The notes under the pieces: generated by a model
Databases searched by the model: none
Told to the model about the DNA's origin: nothing
What the model saw: the letters and a program-made list of their open reading frames with translations, nothing else
Source: an uncultured Alphaproteobacteria bacterium
GTDB lineage: Bacteria; Pseudomonadota; Alphaproteobacteria; HIMB59
DNA: 64,000 bases
Reading direction: 5' to 3'
Assembly (NCBI GenBank): GCA_902610415.1
Contig: CACLVL010000001.1
Span: forward strand, 21,530 to 85,529
Made by a program: the position numbers and the translations under genes
Shown: piece by piece, positions 1 through 13,206 of the stretch
Layout: every line of letters begins with the position of its first letter
How positions within the stretch are numbered: position 1 is the stretch's first letter

Positions 1-446
1 TGTTGAGCAGTCTCAGGTCTTAAATATGCAAATGAACTACCATCATCAACTGGGCCTATCGCAGTTTTAAACATTAAATTAAAAGGCCTAGGTTCAGTTA
101 AGTCAGTTGATTTGCAATTAGGACATTTACCATCTTCAAGTTGATCCGCTCTCCATCTTGATTTACATTTCTTACAATCGACCAAAGGATCCGAAAATGT
201 ATCCTCATGACCAGAATATTTCAAAACAGTAGGTGAAGTCAAAATAGTGGAGTCCAGTCCTTCAACATCGTCTCTTTCATAGACCATTGATTTCCACCAT
301 GCTGATTTTAAATTTAGTTTAAGTTCTACACCCATAGGCCCAAAGTCATATAGGCCTTTCATGCCTCCATAAATGTCATTAGATGGGAAAATAAAGCCTC
401 TTCTTTTACATAAGGATACTAGGTCTTCCATATTATCTGCGGTCAT
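1..446 (-). CDS. glyQS: Glycine--tRNA ligase, homodimeric (alpha2, GlyQS/archaeal-eukaryotic type), 3' end outside window
   Basis: Not in ORF track. Hand translation from ATG at 446: [43 protein letters not shown]...[14 protein letters not shown]...FNLMFKT...YLRPETAQ, which are hallmark alpha2 GlyRS motifs. Confidence 0.93.
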   Translation of the reverse strand, partial: MTADNMEDLVSLCKRRGFIFPSNDIYGGMKGLYDFGPMGVELKLNLKSAWWKSMVYERDDVEGLDSTILTSPTVLKYSGHEDTFSDPLVDCKKCKSRWRADQLEDGKCPNCKSTDLTEPRPFNLMFKTAIGPVDDGSSFAYLRPETAQ

Positions 447-449
447 TTA

Positions 450-1244
450 TCAGATACCAAATTTATTAAAAAGAAGCTCTTCTTTTGCTTTAGTAATTAA
501 ATCTTCACTATTAAAAGAGTTAATACCAAGTCCTAACTTTTGTTTTAAGGACTTTGGTTGTTTGATTTTCTTTATTTTTGTCTTTTCACCAAATTTACTT
601 TTGAAAAAAGCTGACTCAGATATAATTCCATCTATTAAACCCAAATCTTTTGCCTCATTAGCTAACCAAAAAGATCCTGAAAATATTATTTTTTTATTTT
701 TATCATTAAGTTTCTTCTTTCTTCTTGAAGAAACCCAATTAATAAAGTTTTGATGTATTAATTTTTGAAGTTTAATTAATTTATCTTCATCTTTTTTATT
801 AACTTTTTGAAATGGATCTAAAAAACTTTTATTCTCTCCTGCTGTAAATATTCTTCTCTCTACCCCTATTTTTTTTATTAAATCAGTAAATCCAAATCCA
901 CCAGAAATAACTCCTATTGAACCAACTATTGAATTAACGTCTGCATAAATTTCATCGGCAGCACATGCGAGCCAATATCCTCCAGAAGCAGCAACATCTT
1001 CAACAAAACAGTAGCACTTAACTTTTTTCTTAGCTGAAATTTCTCTAATTTTTTGAGCTATCAAAGATGATTGTACTGGGGAGCCACCAGGAGAATTAAT
1101 AACAATCGAAAGTGCATTAAATTTTATCTTCATTAATTTTGAAAATAGACCGTTTAAATTATCCATATTCAGTGGGGCCCTACTTCCAGATGCAATCATT
1201 CCCTTTAGGTCAATTGAAACTATTGTTTTTTGTGAACTAAACAT
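450..1244 (-). CDS. S49 family (SppA-like) peptidase
   Basis: INSPGGSPVQS, DVAASGGYWLA and SIVGSIGV motifs. Confidence 0.92.
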   Translation of the reverse strand: MFSSQKTIVSIDLKGMIASGSRAPLNMDNLNGLFSKLMKIKFNALSIVINSPGGSPVQSSLIAQKIREISAKKKVKCYCFVEDVAASGGYWLACAADEIYADVNSIVGSIGVISGGFGFTDLIKKIGVERRIFTAGENKSFLDPFQKVNKKDEDKLIKLQKLIHQNFINWVSSRRKKKLNDKNKKIIFSGSFWLANEAKDLGLIDGIISESAFFKSKFGEKTKIKKIKQPKSLKQKLGLGINSFNSEDLITKAKEELLFNKFGI

Positions 1245-1951
1245 TATTTAAACCAATTTTCTATATCTTTAGAATAATTTGACAAATCATCGTGGATTAT
1301 AATTGCATTTAATGTTTTCTCTATAAAATAATTACTTTTAGTGATTTTTAAGAGAACATTTTTAGGTTTTGAGTCTTTAAAAGATAATAAAGGGGTTGTT
1401 GCCACTTCTAAATTAAAATTTTTAAACTTATCTATCATAAAATCAGTATTTTCATATCTATTTATAATAAATGCGGTTCCATCTGTTCTTAAATATAAGA
1501 TTAAATTATTCAACCATGTTTCTAAATCTGACTCAGATATATACTTTGATGTGTTTATTGAGGGGTCTCGTGACTGAATAACTTTATTTGCAAAATAAAA
1601 AGGTGGATTAGATAAAATTAAGTCGAAGTAGTTCTCATAATAAGGATCAAATATACAATTATCTTGGATTTTGAATTTTAAATTTTTCAAATTATTTTCT
1701 TTATGATTTAAAATTGCAACTTGATGGTGAATTTTATTTTTCTCAAAGCCAATAACTTCTAACTCAGGGTTTCTATAAGCAACTATCAGTGATATTGATC
1801 CACATCCCGATCCCATATCTAAAATTTTATTATATTTTTTTTTGCATTGGGCAGCTAAAATAATTGGCTCAATGCCACTCCTATAACCTTTTTTTAATTG
1901 ATGGTATACAATTTTACCATCTAGTAGATAATCTCTAGAGTATAAACTCAT
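1244..1951 (-). CDS. tRNA1(Val) A37 N6-methyltransferase-like (TrmN6/YfiC family)
   Basis: LDMGSGCG SAM motif, NPPF motif, Q..GYRSG; divergent from ispB as is usual in alphaproteobacteria. Confidence 0.8.
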   Translation of the reverse strand: MSLYSRDYLLDGKIVYHQLKKGYRSGIEPIILAAQCKKKYNKILDMGSGCGSISLIVAYRNPELEVIGFEKNKIHHQVAILNHKENNLKNLKFKIQDNCIFDPYYENYFDLILSNPPFYFANKVIQSRDPSINTSKYISESDLETWLNNLILYLRTDGTAFIINRYENTDFMIDKFKNFNLEVATTPLLSFKDSKPKNVLLKITKSNYFIEKTLNAIIIHDDLSNYSKDIENWFK

Positions 1952-1956
1952 AGCAG

Positions 1957-2955
1957 ATGAAAAAAAATAAATTTGAACAAACTATCAAACTAATTCATAA
2001 AGAAATTAATGTAAAGTTACTTAAAACTAACAATGAACTTGATAAATTTTTATTAAGTAGCATCACAATTATCCCAAAATTAGGAAATTATTTCTTTAAA
2101 AAAAGAGGTAAACAATTACGCCCAGTATTATGTTTATTATCAAGTAAAATGATTAATAAAAATTATTCGAAAATAAAAAGTGATATTTATATGTCTACTG
2201 CAATTGAATTTATACATGGGGCGACCCTACTACATGACGATGTGATAGATAAGGGTAAAATAAGACGTGGGCAAAAGAGTATTAATTCAATATGGAATAA
2301 TAAGTTTAGTGTTTTATTTGGGGATTTTTTATTTTCAAAATCATTTCAATTAATGACGAAAGCTAAATCCTTGGAAGCGATGGCTTCACTTGCGCAAGTA
2401 AGTAGTAAAATTTCTGAGGGTGAATTTATGCAACTCACACATGAGAATAATACTCAAATATCTGAAAAGGAATATATTAAAATCATATCTTTAAAAACTG
2501 CTGAATTATTTGCTGCCGCAATGAAAATACCTGCTATTTTATCTGGTAAAAATTCAAAAATAATTTCAAATTTAAATAATTTAGGTTTGTATTTTGGTAT
2601 TATCTTTCAAATCATGGATGATTATCTTGATTATTTTGGCGAAAAGGTAACTGGGAAGGAGAATGGTAAAGATTTTTATGAGGGAAAAATCACTTTGCCA
2701 ATCATTTTACTTTTAAAAAAATCTTCAATTAATGAAATTCGCTTTATAAAAAAAATATTTAATAAAATTAAAAGGTCTAAGAGTGAGTATATTAAACTAA
2801 TGAAATTAATGGAAAAATATAGAATTAAAGATGATATCAAAAAATTCTCTCAAAAATATAATAGTCAATCTTTGAAAATATTATCTTCTTTTAAAGGCTA
2901 TCAAAAAGAGCTTTTTGTAGATTTGTTAAGTAGCTCTATCAATAGAACCCATTAA
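1957..2955 (+). CDS. ispB: Polyprenyl diphosphate synthase
   Basis: GKQLRP, LLHDDVID..RRG and FQIMDDYLD motifs. Confidence 0.9.
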   Translation: MKKNKFEQTIKLIHKEINVKLLKTNNELDKFLLSSITIIPKLGNYFFKKRGKQLRPVLCLLSSKMINKNYSKIKSDIYMSTAIEFIHGATLLHDDVIDKGKIRRGQKSINSIWNNKFSVLFGDFLFSKSFQLMTKAKSLEAMASLAQVSSKISEGEFMQLTHENNTQISEKEYIKIISLKTAELFAAAMKIPAILSGKNSKIISNLNNLGLYFGIIFQIMDDYLDYFGEKVTGKENGKDFYEGKITLPIILLLKKSSINEIRFIKKIFNKIKRSKSEYIKLMKLMEKYRIKDDIKKFSQKYNSQSLKILSSFKGYQKELFVDLLSSSINRTH

Positions 2956-3740
2956 TCATACCTAAACTTTTTATTTGGAAATTTGTTATTGATCACTTCA
3001 TTGGAATATTTATTTACAGCAACCCTGATATTTTTCGATAAATCAGCATATCTTTTTACAAATTTAGGATGATTATCCCTAAAGATTCCTAACATATCCT
3101 CAGATACTAATATTTGACCATCACAATACTCAGAAGCACCAATTCCTATTGTAGGTATAGATAATGTCTTGGTGACCTCTTTTGCAATATTCGTTAGTAT
3201 TCCCTCTAACAATATAGATACAGCACCCGACTTTTCTAAACACAATGAGTCAGAAATTATATTATCTAAGTCCTTCTTATCTTTTCCATAAATTTTAAAT
3301 TTTTTAGAAGATCTAAATTTCTGTGGCTGTAAACCTAAATGAGCCATTACTGGAACTTTTTTTTTACTTAAATACTTTATAACATCTTTTAATTCAGTAT
3401 TTCCCTCGATTTTTACACCATCACAAGATGTCTTTTTCATAATACTTAAAACCCGTTTGACTGTTGTGGACTCACTAAAATCTCTATTATATGGGAGATC
3501 AAAAAATACTAAGGATTTATCTGCACCTTTTTTTACAGCGGTTGCATGATTAACCATTATTTGATCATCTACAGATCTAGTAGTGTCCATACCATAAAGA
3601 ACATTACCCATAGAGTCGCCAACCAGTACCACGTCAACTAAATCATCAATAATTTTTGTAAAGTTGTAGCTATATGATGTTAAACAAATAATTTTTTTTT
3701 TGTTTTTTTTATTAAATACTGATTTAATTGTTCTTTTCAT
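2952..3740 (-). CDS. panB: 3-methyl-2-oxobutanoate hydroxymethyltransferase
   Basis: LVGDS, VKIEG, HLGLQPQ, TIGIGA and DGQILV motifs. Confidence 0.95.
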   Translation of the reverse strand: MKRTIKSVFNKKNKKKIICLTSYSYNFTKIIDDLVDVVLVGDSMGNVLYGMDTTRSVDDQIMVNHATAVKKGADKSLVFFDLPYNRDFSESTTVKRVLSIMKKTSCDGVKIEGNTELKDVIKYLSKKKVPVMAHLGLQPQKFRSSKKFKIYGKDKKDLDNIISDSLCLEKSGAVSILLEGILTNIAKEVTKTLSIPTIGIGASEYCDGQILVSEDMLGIFRDNHPKFVKRYADLSKNIRVAVNKYSNEVINNKFPNKKFRYD

Positions 3741-4257
3741 GACAGGTAGTTTAAAAAGTATTCGAATTATAAAAGACTTTCCAAAAAAAGGTATCGCTTT
3801 TTATGATATCTCAACAATCTTATCAAACCCCAAAGTATTTAATAATGTAGTAGACTTAATGTCCGAGGAGGTAGTTAAATTAAATGCAAGTACTGTAGTT
3901 GGAATAGACTCAAGAGGGTTTATATTTGCCTCAGCTGTAGCATACAAATTAAAAAAAAAATTAATAATGATAAGAAAGAAAGGGAAACTACCAGGAAAAA
4001 CATATGCTACAAGCTACAAACTTGAATATGGTTCTAATCAGTTAGAAATACAAAGCGATATGATAAAAGGTTCTGACAAAGTTGTAATTATTGATGATAT
4101 TTTTGCTACAAGCGGAACTATCCGAGCTTCAATGAAATTAATTAATAAAACAAAAGCTAAAATCAAAGGAATAGTTGTTTTACTAGAATTAAGCTTTCTT
4201 AACGGAAGGTCTAAAATTAAGCCAAAATTGATAAGTTTAAATAAAGTTAATACTTAG
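3739..4257 (+). CDS. apt: Adenine phosphoribosyltransferase
   Basis: DFPKKGI, RKKGKLPG, LEYG, IIDDIFATSGT; start moved to ATG 3739 to match the usual N-terminus. Confidence 0.93.
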   Translation: MTGSLKSIRIIKDFPKKGIAFYDISTILSNPKVFNNVVDLMSEEVVKLNASTVVGIDSRGFIFASAVAYKLKKKLIMIRKKGKLPGKTYATSYKLEYGSNQLEIQSDMIKGSDKVVIIDDIFATSGTIRASMKLINKTKAKIKGIVVLLELSFLNGRSKIKPKLISLNKVNT

Positions 4258-4636
4258 AATACTCTTTTTCTTCAGTTATCTTTGAGTCAGATAAAATATT
4301 AATCTTTTTTTTTATAGAGGCTCTAATATCATTTTTAAAGTGAACATCTCTTGAAATTTTAATAAAACTCTCACCAAAGTCTTTATTGGCTTCACACTCT
4401 CTTTTAATATTTTCTATGTTCCATAGCTTTTCATTTATTTCCTGAAGTTTTTGAACATTTTTATTTAGAGCCTCTTTGTTGTCTAAGATAATTTTATTAC
4501 TTTGCTCTATTAAAACCTCTAATTCTGTTTTAATATTTTTCAATTTTTCAGGATCATTAATTTTTTTTAGTTTAATATTTAATATAGTAATTTTATCAAA
4601 CAGTTCTCCAACAGAAATTTCAGCTAATATTTTCAA
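4247..4636 (-). CDS. Conserved hypothetical protein (DUF6165-like)
   Basis: ISVGELFDKITIL..K and LWNIE..R pattern, C-terminal EEKEY. Confidence 0.7.
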   Translation of the reverse strand: MKILAEISVGELFDKITILNIKLKKINDPEKLKNIKTELEVLIEQSNKIILDNKEALNKNVQKLQEINEKLWNIENIKRECEANKDFGESFIKISRDVHFKNDIRASIKKKINILSDSKITEEKEYSKY

Positions 4637-4983
4637 TTTTTTCTACCATAAATATCTGAATATCTTTTAATATCTGTTTCTAAAAATTTACTTCCTGTTT
4701 GAACCTCAATTAAAACTAATTTCTTTTTAGAGCTCTCATTTAATACTCTATGTTTTGATTTTTTTGGAATAAATAAATTTTCATTTTCTGACTTATAAAA
4801 TGTGCGGTTATTGATAATAACAGTTGCTTTACCCTCGATAATAATCCAATGTTCCGATCTAAAATTATGAGATTGATAGGATAAAACACCCTCTGGTTTA
4901 ACTATAATTTTCTTAATTAAAAAATCTTTTGATTTATTTAGAACAACATATGATCCCCAAGGTTTTTTGATAGATTTTGTCAT
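4633..4983 (-). CDS. Mannose-6-phosphate isomerase type II C-terminal cupin
   Basis: KPWG, LSYQSHNFRSEHW, IEVQTG motifs. Confidence 0.85.
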   Translation of the reverse strand: MTKSIKKPWGSYVVLNKSKDFLIKKIIVKPEGVLSYQSHNFRSEHWIIIEGKATVIINNRTFYKSENENLFIPKKSKHRVLNESSKKKLVLIEVQTGSKFLETDIKRYSDIYGRKN

Positions 4984-6083
4984 GAAAACATTCTCTTTTT
5001 TTCGTTAATCGACATAAAGTTTAACAATAGTGCACAAATAATTAAATTACTCAACAAAGAACTTCCTCCATAAGACATAAATGGTAAAGCTACTCCTACC
5101 ACTGGCAAGATCCCTATTGTCATGGATATATTTATTAGAAATTCAAAAAAAATTTTAAAGGATAAAACAAACAAGATTATTTTATTAAATGCCTGGGTCA
5201 GTTTGAATGTCTTTAAAACGGGTATTAAAAACATGATAAAAAATAATGAAATCAACAAAATTGATCCTATAAAACCAAACTGTTCAGAAAAAATTGCGAA
5301 AACAAAATCTGTCTCTTTTTCAGGAAGAAAGTCTAAACTACTTTGTGAACCCTCAAGAAAACCATTTCCTTTTAACCCACCTGAACCTATAGCAATCTTA
5401 GACTGAATAATATGATATCCCCTTCCAAGTGGATCCAAATCAGGGTTTAGAAAAATTTGTATTCTATTTTGTTGGTAGGGCTTTAAAAAAGTCCATAAAA
5501 TTGGGCTTATCGATAAAATGATACCTATTGATATTAAGGGATAAATTAATTTAATACCTGCATAAAAAATAACTACTAGACCCAGTGCTAAAATAATTAC
5601 AGCAGTGCCTAAATCAGGTTGAATAGCAACCAAAATAAAAAAAATTACTGATACAATGAGAGGTAATATTGATTTAAAAAGACCAATAGTTTTTTCTGCA
5701 TTTAATTTATGAAAATATTTAGCCATAAAAATAACTAAAGCTATTTTGGTAAATTCTGATACTTGTAAGTTGAAACCAGCAATTCGTATCCATCTCGTAG
5801 CTCCCATTCCTGTATAACCGAAAATTAATGTCGTTATTAACCCAATCAAAACTAAAATTAAAAAAATTTCTGCAAAATTAAAAATAAACTTTGGCTCCAA
5901 CATGGTAACTAGAAAAAACAAAGGGAGAAAAAATAAAAATCTTATTAACTGGTTTGATGCCCATGGATCAAGAGAACCGCCAGCAGCTGAATAAAGATTG
6001 ATCTCTCCAATCCAAAAAATTATTAAAAGAATAAAAACGTAAATCCAATTTAAGTTAAAAATACTTTTAAATTCTCTAAACAT
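4980..6083 (-). CDS. rodA: Rod shape-determining protein RodA
   Basis: GATRWI, QPDLGTA, GYHIIQSKIAIGSGG, TDFVF, LPFMSYGGSS; follows mrdA; start placed at ATG 6083 rather than 6119. Confidence 0.93.
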   Translation of the reverse strand: MFREFKSIFNLNWIYVFILLIIFWIGEINLYSAAGGSLDPWASNQLIRFLFFLPLFFLVTMLEPKFIFNFAEIFLILVLIGLITTLIFGYTGMGATRWIRIAGFNLQVSEFTKIALVIFMAKYFHKLNAEKTIGLFKSILPLIVSVIFFILVAIQPDLGTAVIILALGLVVIFYAGIKLIYPLISIGIILSISPILWTFLKPYQQNRIQIFLNPDLDPLGRGYHIIQSKIAIGSGGLKGNGFLEGSQSSLDFLPEKETDFVFAIFSEQFGFIGSILLISLFFIMFLIPVLKTFKLTQAFNKIILFVLSFKIFFEFLINISMTIGILPVVGVALPFMSYGGSSLLSNLIICALLLNFMSINEKKRMFS

Positions 6084-7848
6084 TGTTTTTGAAAGCAAAA
6101 TCAAGGATCTTATGGGCAATGGGAGCAGCTACTGCTGATCCAGATCCACCATTTTCTATAATAACTGAAGCTATATATTTTGGTTTATCATAAGGGGCAT
6201 ATCCTACAAATACTGAATGGTCTTTAAATCTTTCTTCTATTTCTTTTGATTTATACTGATCGTCCTCTCTTTCACTTTCTTTAATTCTTACCACTTGAGA
6301 AGTTCCCGTTTTACCTCCTATTTTTACGAATTCTGGATTAGAAATACTCAATTTATGTGCTGTTCCTCTTGGTTCTTGCACAACAGCATTGAGGGAATTA
6401 ATTATAATTTTTTGATGCTCATTATTTAATAATTTACCTGTAAATCTTGTAGGAATTTTTTTATCAAGTTTAGGTATTGGATATTTTCCTCCATTTAATA
6501 TAGCGGAATAAAAAGTTGCAAGCTGTAATGGAGATGTTTGGTTGTATCCTTGTCCAATACACGTAATTAATGTCTCACCTTGATACCAACTCTCTTCTAA
6601 GAAGGCTTTTTTCCATTTCTTACTCGGGACAAGTCCTTTTCCTATGTTTGATAAACCAATATCGTACTCTTTATTTAATCCTAAATTACTAGATAGGCTT
6701 GCAATATCGTCAATATTTGTTTTTTTAGCTAATTCATAAAAATATACATCACAAGACTCTTTTATGGCTTTTTTAAGATTTACTTTTCCATGGCCTTTTT
6801 TTTTCCAACAGTAATAATTTCTATCACCAAGTGAGGAATGCCCTTTGCAAAAGACCTCTTTTTGCGGATCTATTAGATTACGTTGAAGGCCAACTAAAGC
6901 TGAAATAGGTTTAAACACCGAACCTGGAGGATAAAAACCAGAGAAAGCTCGATTAAAAAGTGGTTTTTGATCATCATTTAGCAAATCTTTAATTTTGTTA
7001 TTTTCTCTATCCTCAAAGATTTGTGCATCAAAAGTAGGATTAGAATTCATCGACAAGATTGATCCGTCTGAAACACTTATAACTACGATAGATCCTTTTT
7101 TGTTTGTTGGGAGTTGAGATTGAGCATAATTTTGAAGACTTAAATCTAATGTTAAGTTTAAATCGTTGCCTTTAATAGATTTCTCAATAGATATTTCCCT
7201 AATAGTTTTTCCCTTAGCGTTTACCTCGCTAAATATTTTACCTGGAGTACCCTTTAAATGTTTTTCATAACTTTTTTCTAAATGAAAAACACCTTTAGAG
7301 TAAAGATCAGAAGATTGAGTTGGTTGTCCCATATAGCCAATTATCTGCGAAAAATTTTTATATGGATAATATCTTTTTTTGGACTCAATAATTTTAATAG
7401 AATTAAATAGAAATTTATTTTTTTCAAATTCTACTATTTGTTTCCATGAAGCTCTACTTAAACTAAAGCCAGAATATTCGTTATAATTTTTTAAACGTTT
7501 TAATATTTCGCCAAGATTTAAATTTAGTTTTATTAGGCTATCAAGTTTTTTAATTTCCTGAAAATGATCTTTACTTAAATTTTTAAACACTACGAATTCA
7601 TATAATGAAGAGCTTCCAGCTAATAGGTTCTTTTTAGAGTCATAAATGTCTCCCCTTAAAGGAGGAGTTAATTTTATTGAGAGTTTATTTTCAACTGATT
7701 TTTTTTTGTAAAAGTTAAAGTTGATAACTTGTAATGAGAATAATCTTAAAGAAACTATAAACGATAAAATAGCACCAACTATAATTATGATAAAAGATCT
7801 TCTATTTAATATTTTTATACTATCTTCACTAGTCTTATTCTTTTCCAT
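6076..7848 (-). CDS. mrdA: Penicillin-binding protein 2
   Basis: SxxK (PPGSVFK), SCD and KTGT motifs; N-terminal TM helix; in mre operon. Confidence 0.95.
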   Translation of the reverse strand: MEKNKTSEDSIKILNRRSFIIIIVGAILSFIVSLRLFSLQVINFNFYKKKSVENKLSIKLTPPLRGDIYDSKKNLLAGSSSLYEFVVFKNLSKDHFQEIKKLDSLIKLNLNLGEILKRLKNYNEYSGFSLSRASWKQIVEFEKNKFLFNSIKIIESKKRYYPYKNFSQIIGYMGQPTQSSDLYSKGVFHLEKSYEKHLKGTPGKIFSEVNAKGKTIREISIEKSIKGNDLNLTLDLSLQNYAQSQLPTNKKGSIVVISVSDGSILSMNSNPTFDAQIFEDRENNKIKDLLNDDQKPLFNRAFSGFYPPGSVFKPISALVGLQRNLIDPQKEVFCKGHSSLGDRNYYCWKKKGHGKVNLKKAIKESCDVYFYELAKKTNIDDIASLSSNLGLNKEYDIGLSNIGKGLVPSKKWKKAFLEESWYQGETLITCIGQGYNQTSPLQLATFYSAILNGGKYPIPKLDKKIPTRFTGKLLNNEHQKIIINSLNAVVQEPRGTAHKLSISNPEFVKIGGKTGTSQVVRIKESEREDDQYKSKEIEERFKDHSVFVGYAPYDKPKYIASVIIENGGSGSAVAAPIAHKILDFAFKNNV

Positions 7849-8255
7849 AATTTGAAAGTCCTAAAAAAATAAAAGTTAAAATTAATATACATATAAAATA
7901 TTGTAAATTATGTAATCTAAATACGATAGTTTGGTCAAAAAGTAAAAAAGCAATAAAACTAAGTATAAAAATCATTAATGATTTTATATACATAGAGAGA
8001 TTATAATTATTAATAATATAATTTAGTAGAAGGAGAGGTATGAACAAAACCACAATTCCAATTAATATCGGCAAACCTACAAAAACCTCTATGACAAAAG
8101 TTGATGAAATAAATATTAAGATATCAATAATTTTAATATTTTTTTCCCTAAGTACTGAAAAAAAAGCTATGTTTATTAATGAAAATACAACAATATCGTT
8201 TATAACAAAATTAAAGTTTCCATAGATTAAAAATAAAATTATTACAAAAAAAAGT

Positions 8256-8263
<8 letters not shown>
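7835..8263 (-). CDS. mreD: Probable MreD (divergent)
   Basis: Very hydrophobic protein between mreC and mrdA; assigned by position. Confidence 0.6.
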
Positions 8264-10050
<1,787 letters not shown>

Positions 10051-11619
10051 TTATATACCTTTAATATTTGAGATGCTAATCTCAGAAACTCCCTCTTGCA
10101 TATTGGAGTTATCCTCAAAGTTTAATATTTTATTGCATGCATTGATATAAGATTTTGCAGAAGCAACTATAATATCTATATCAGAAGCCTTACCAATAAA
10201 TTCTTTATTCAAATATTCAAGTTTAACAGTAACCTCTCCCTGTGCATCAGAGTCTGGTGTAATGGCGTTAATGTGATAAAGCACCAATTTTGGAGAAAAA
10301 CCTACTACTTTAGAAATACAACTAAATACAGCATCAACAGGGCCATTTCCAGACCCACTGACCTCTTTTAGCTTTTCTTTAAAATCTAGTTCTAAAGAAG
10401 CTACATGTTTAGAGTTAGTGCCAGACATGATACTTAAATTTTTAAGTTTCAAAGTATTAGATTTGTTAAAATGCGTGTCATCTACAAGAGCAATTAAATC
10501 CTCATCATAAACATCTTTTTTCTTATCTGCTAAAAGCTTAAATTTTTCAAAAATTTCATTGATGTAATTATCACCTACTTCATATCCTAGAATTTTAAGT
10601 TTTTCTTTAAATGCGTGTTTACCTGAGTGTTTACCAAGCACCAAGCTAGATTTTTTTAAACCAATTGTCTCTGGGGACATAATCTCATAAGTTTGAACAT
10701 TTTTTAAAACACCATCTTGATGTATCCCTGACTCATGAGCAAAAGCATTAGCACCTACAATTGCTTTATTAGGTTGGACAGGAAAACCTGTAATTGAAGA
10801 TACAAGTTTTGATGTTTTTGATATAGCACTTGTATTAATATTAGACTGAACTTTAAAAAGATCTGATCTAACTTTCATGGCCATTACAACTTCTTCTAAG
10901 GCTGCGTTGCCCGCTCTTTCACCCAATCCATTTATAGTGCATTCAATTTGTCTTGCACCGTTTTCTACTGCATTTAGAGAATTTGCAACCGCCAAACCTA
11001 AATCATTGTGACAATGAACAGAAATTATTGCTTTATCAATATTTGGTACATTATTTTTAACTTTTTTTATAATCTCACCGAATTCAAATGGTAAAGTATA
11101 TCCAACAGTATCAGGGATATTTATTGTTGATGCACCACTTTTGATTGCTAATTCTATGCACCTATAGAGAAAATCTATTGAGGATCTTCCACCATCCTCA
11201 CAACTCCATTCGATATTTGGGCAAAGGTTTCTTGCAAAAGAGACACTATCCTTAATTTTCTCTAGCACTTGGTCTTCAGTTAGTTTTAATTTGAATACCA
11301 TGTGTATAGGGCTAGTGGCTATAAAAGTATGTATTCTTGGATTTTTTGCTTTTTTTACAGCATTCCAAGCTGCTTCAATATCTTCATGTTTTGCTCTCGC
11401 CAATCCTGCTATCTGACAATCCTTGATTTCATTGGCAATAGCTTGAACAGAGTTAAAATCACCTTTTGATGCTATGGGAAAACCAGCCTCAATAATATCG
11501 ACTTTTAACTCTTCTAATAATCTGGCAATAGAGAGTTTCTCTTCTTGATTCATAGAAGCACCAGGAGATTGCTCTCCGTCTCTTAGAGTCGTATCAAAAA
11601 TTAATACTTTATCTGGCAA
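10051..11619 (-). CDS. leuA: 2-isopropylmalate synthase
   Basis: DTTLRDGEQSPG, HCHNDLG, GERAGNA, HESGIHQDG; TTG start. Confidence 0.97.
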   Translation of the reverse strand: MPDKVLIFDTTLRDGEQSPGASMNQEEKLSIARLLEELKVDIIEAGFPIASKGDFNSVQAIANEIKDCQIAGLARAKHEDIEAAWNAVKKAKNPRIHTFIATSPIHMVFKLKLTEDQVLEKIKDSVSFARNLCPNIEWSCEDGGRSSIDFLYRCIELAIKSGASTINIPDTVGYTLPFEFGEIIKKVKNNVPNIDKAIISVHCHNDLGLAVANSLNAVENGARQIECTINGLGERAGNAALEEVVMAMKVRSDLFKVQSNINTSAISKTSKLVSSITGFPVQPNKAIVGANAFAHESGIHQDGVLKNVQTYEIMSPETIGLKKSSLVLGKHSGKHAFKEKLKILGYEVGDNYINEIFEKFKLLADKKKDVYDEDLIALVDDTHFNKSNTLKLKNLSIMSGTNSKHVASLELDFKEKLKEVSGSGNGPVDAVFSCISKVVGFSPKLVLYHINAITPDSDAQGEVTVKLEYLNKEFIGKASDIDIIVASAKSYINACNKILNFEDNSNMQEGVSEISISNIKGI

Positions 11620-11621
11620 TA

Positions 11622-13192
<1,571 letters not shown>

Positions 13193-13206
13193 GGTTAAAA
13201 AATTTA

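Noticed and set aside
373-753. 126-aa + strand ORF and similar shadow ORFs (1341, 4476, 5122, 8040, 9248, 9779, 16714, 17540, 19065, 19263, 21616, 29371, 32145, 38538, 38692, 39144, 40195, 41589, 44303, 48959, 51172, 61436, 61788)
   Set aside because: They are antisense or off-frame to well-supported genes and show no recognisable motifs.
3700-3738. N-terminal extension of apt in the ORF track
   Set aside because: It overlaps panB, and the family alignment starts at ATG 3739.
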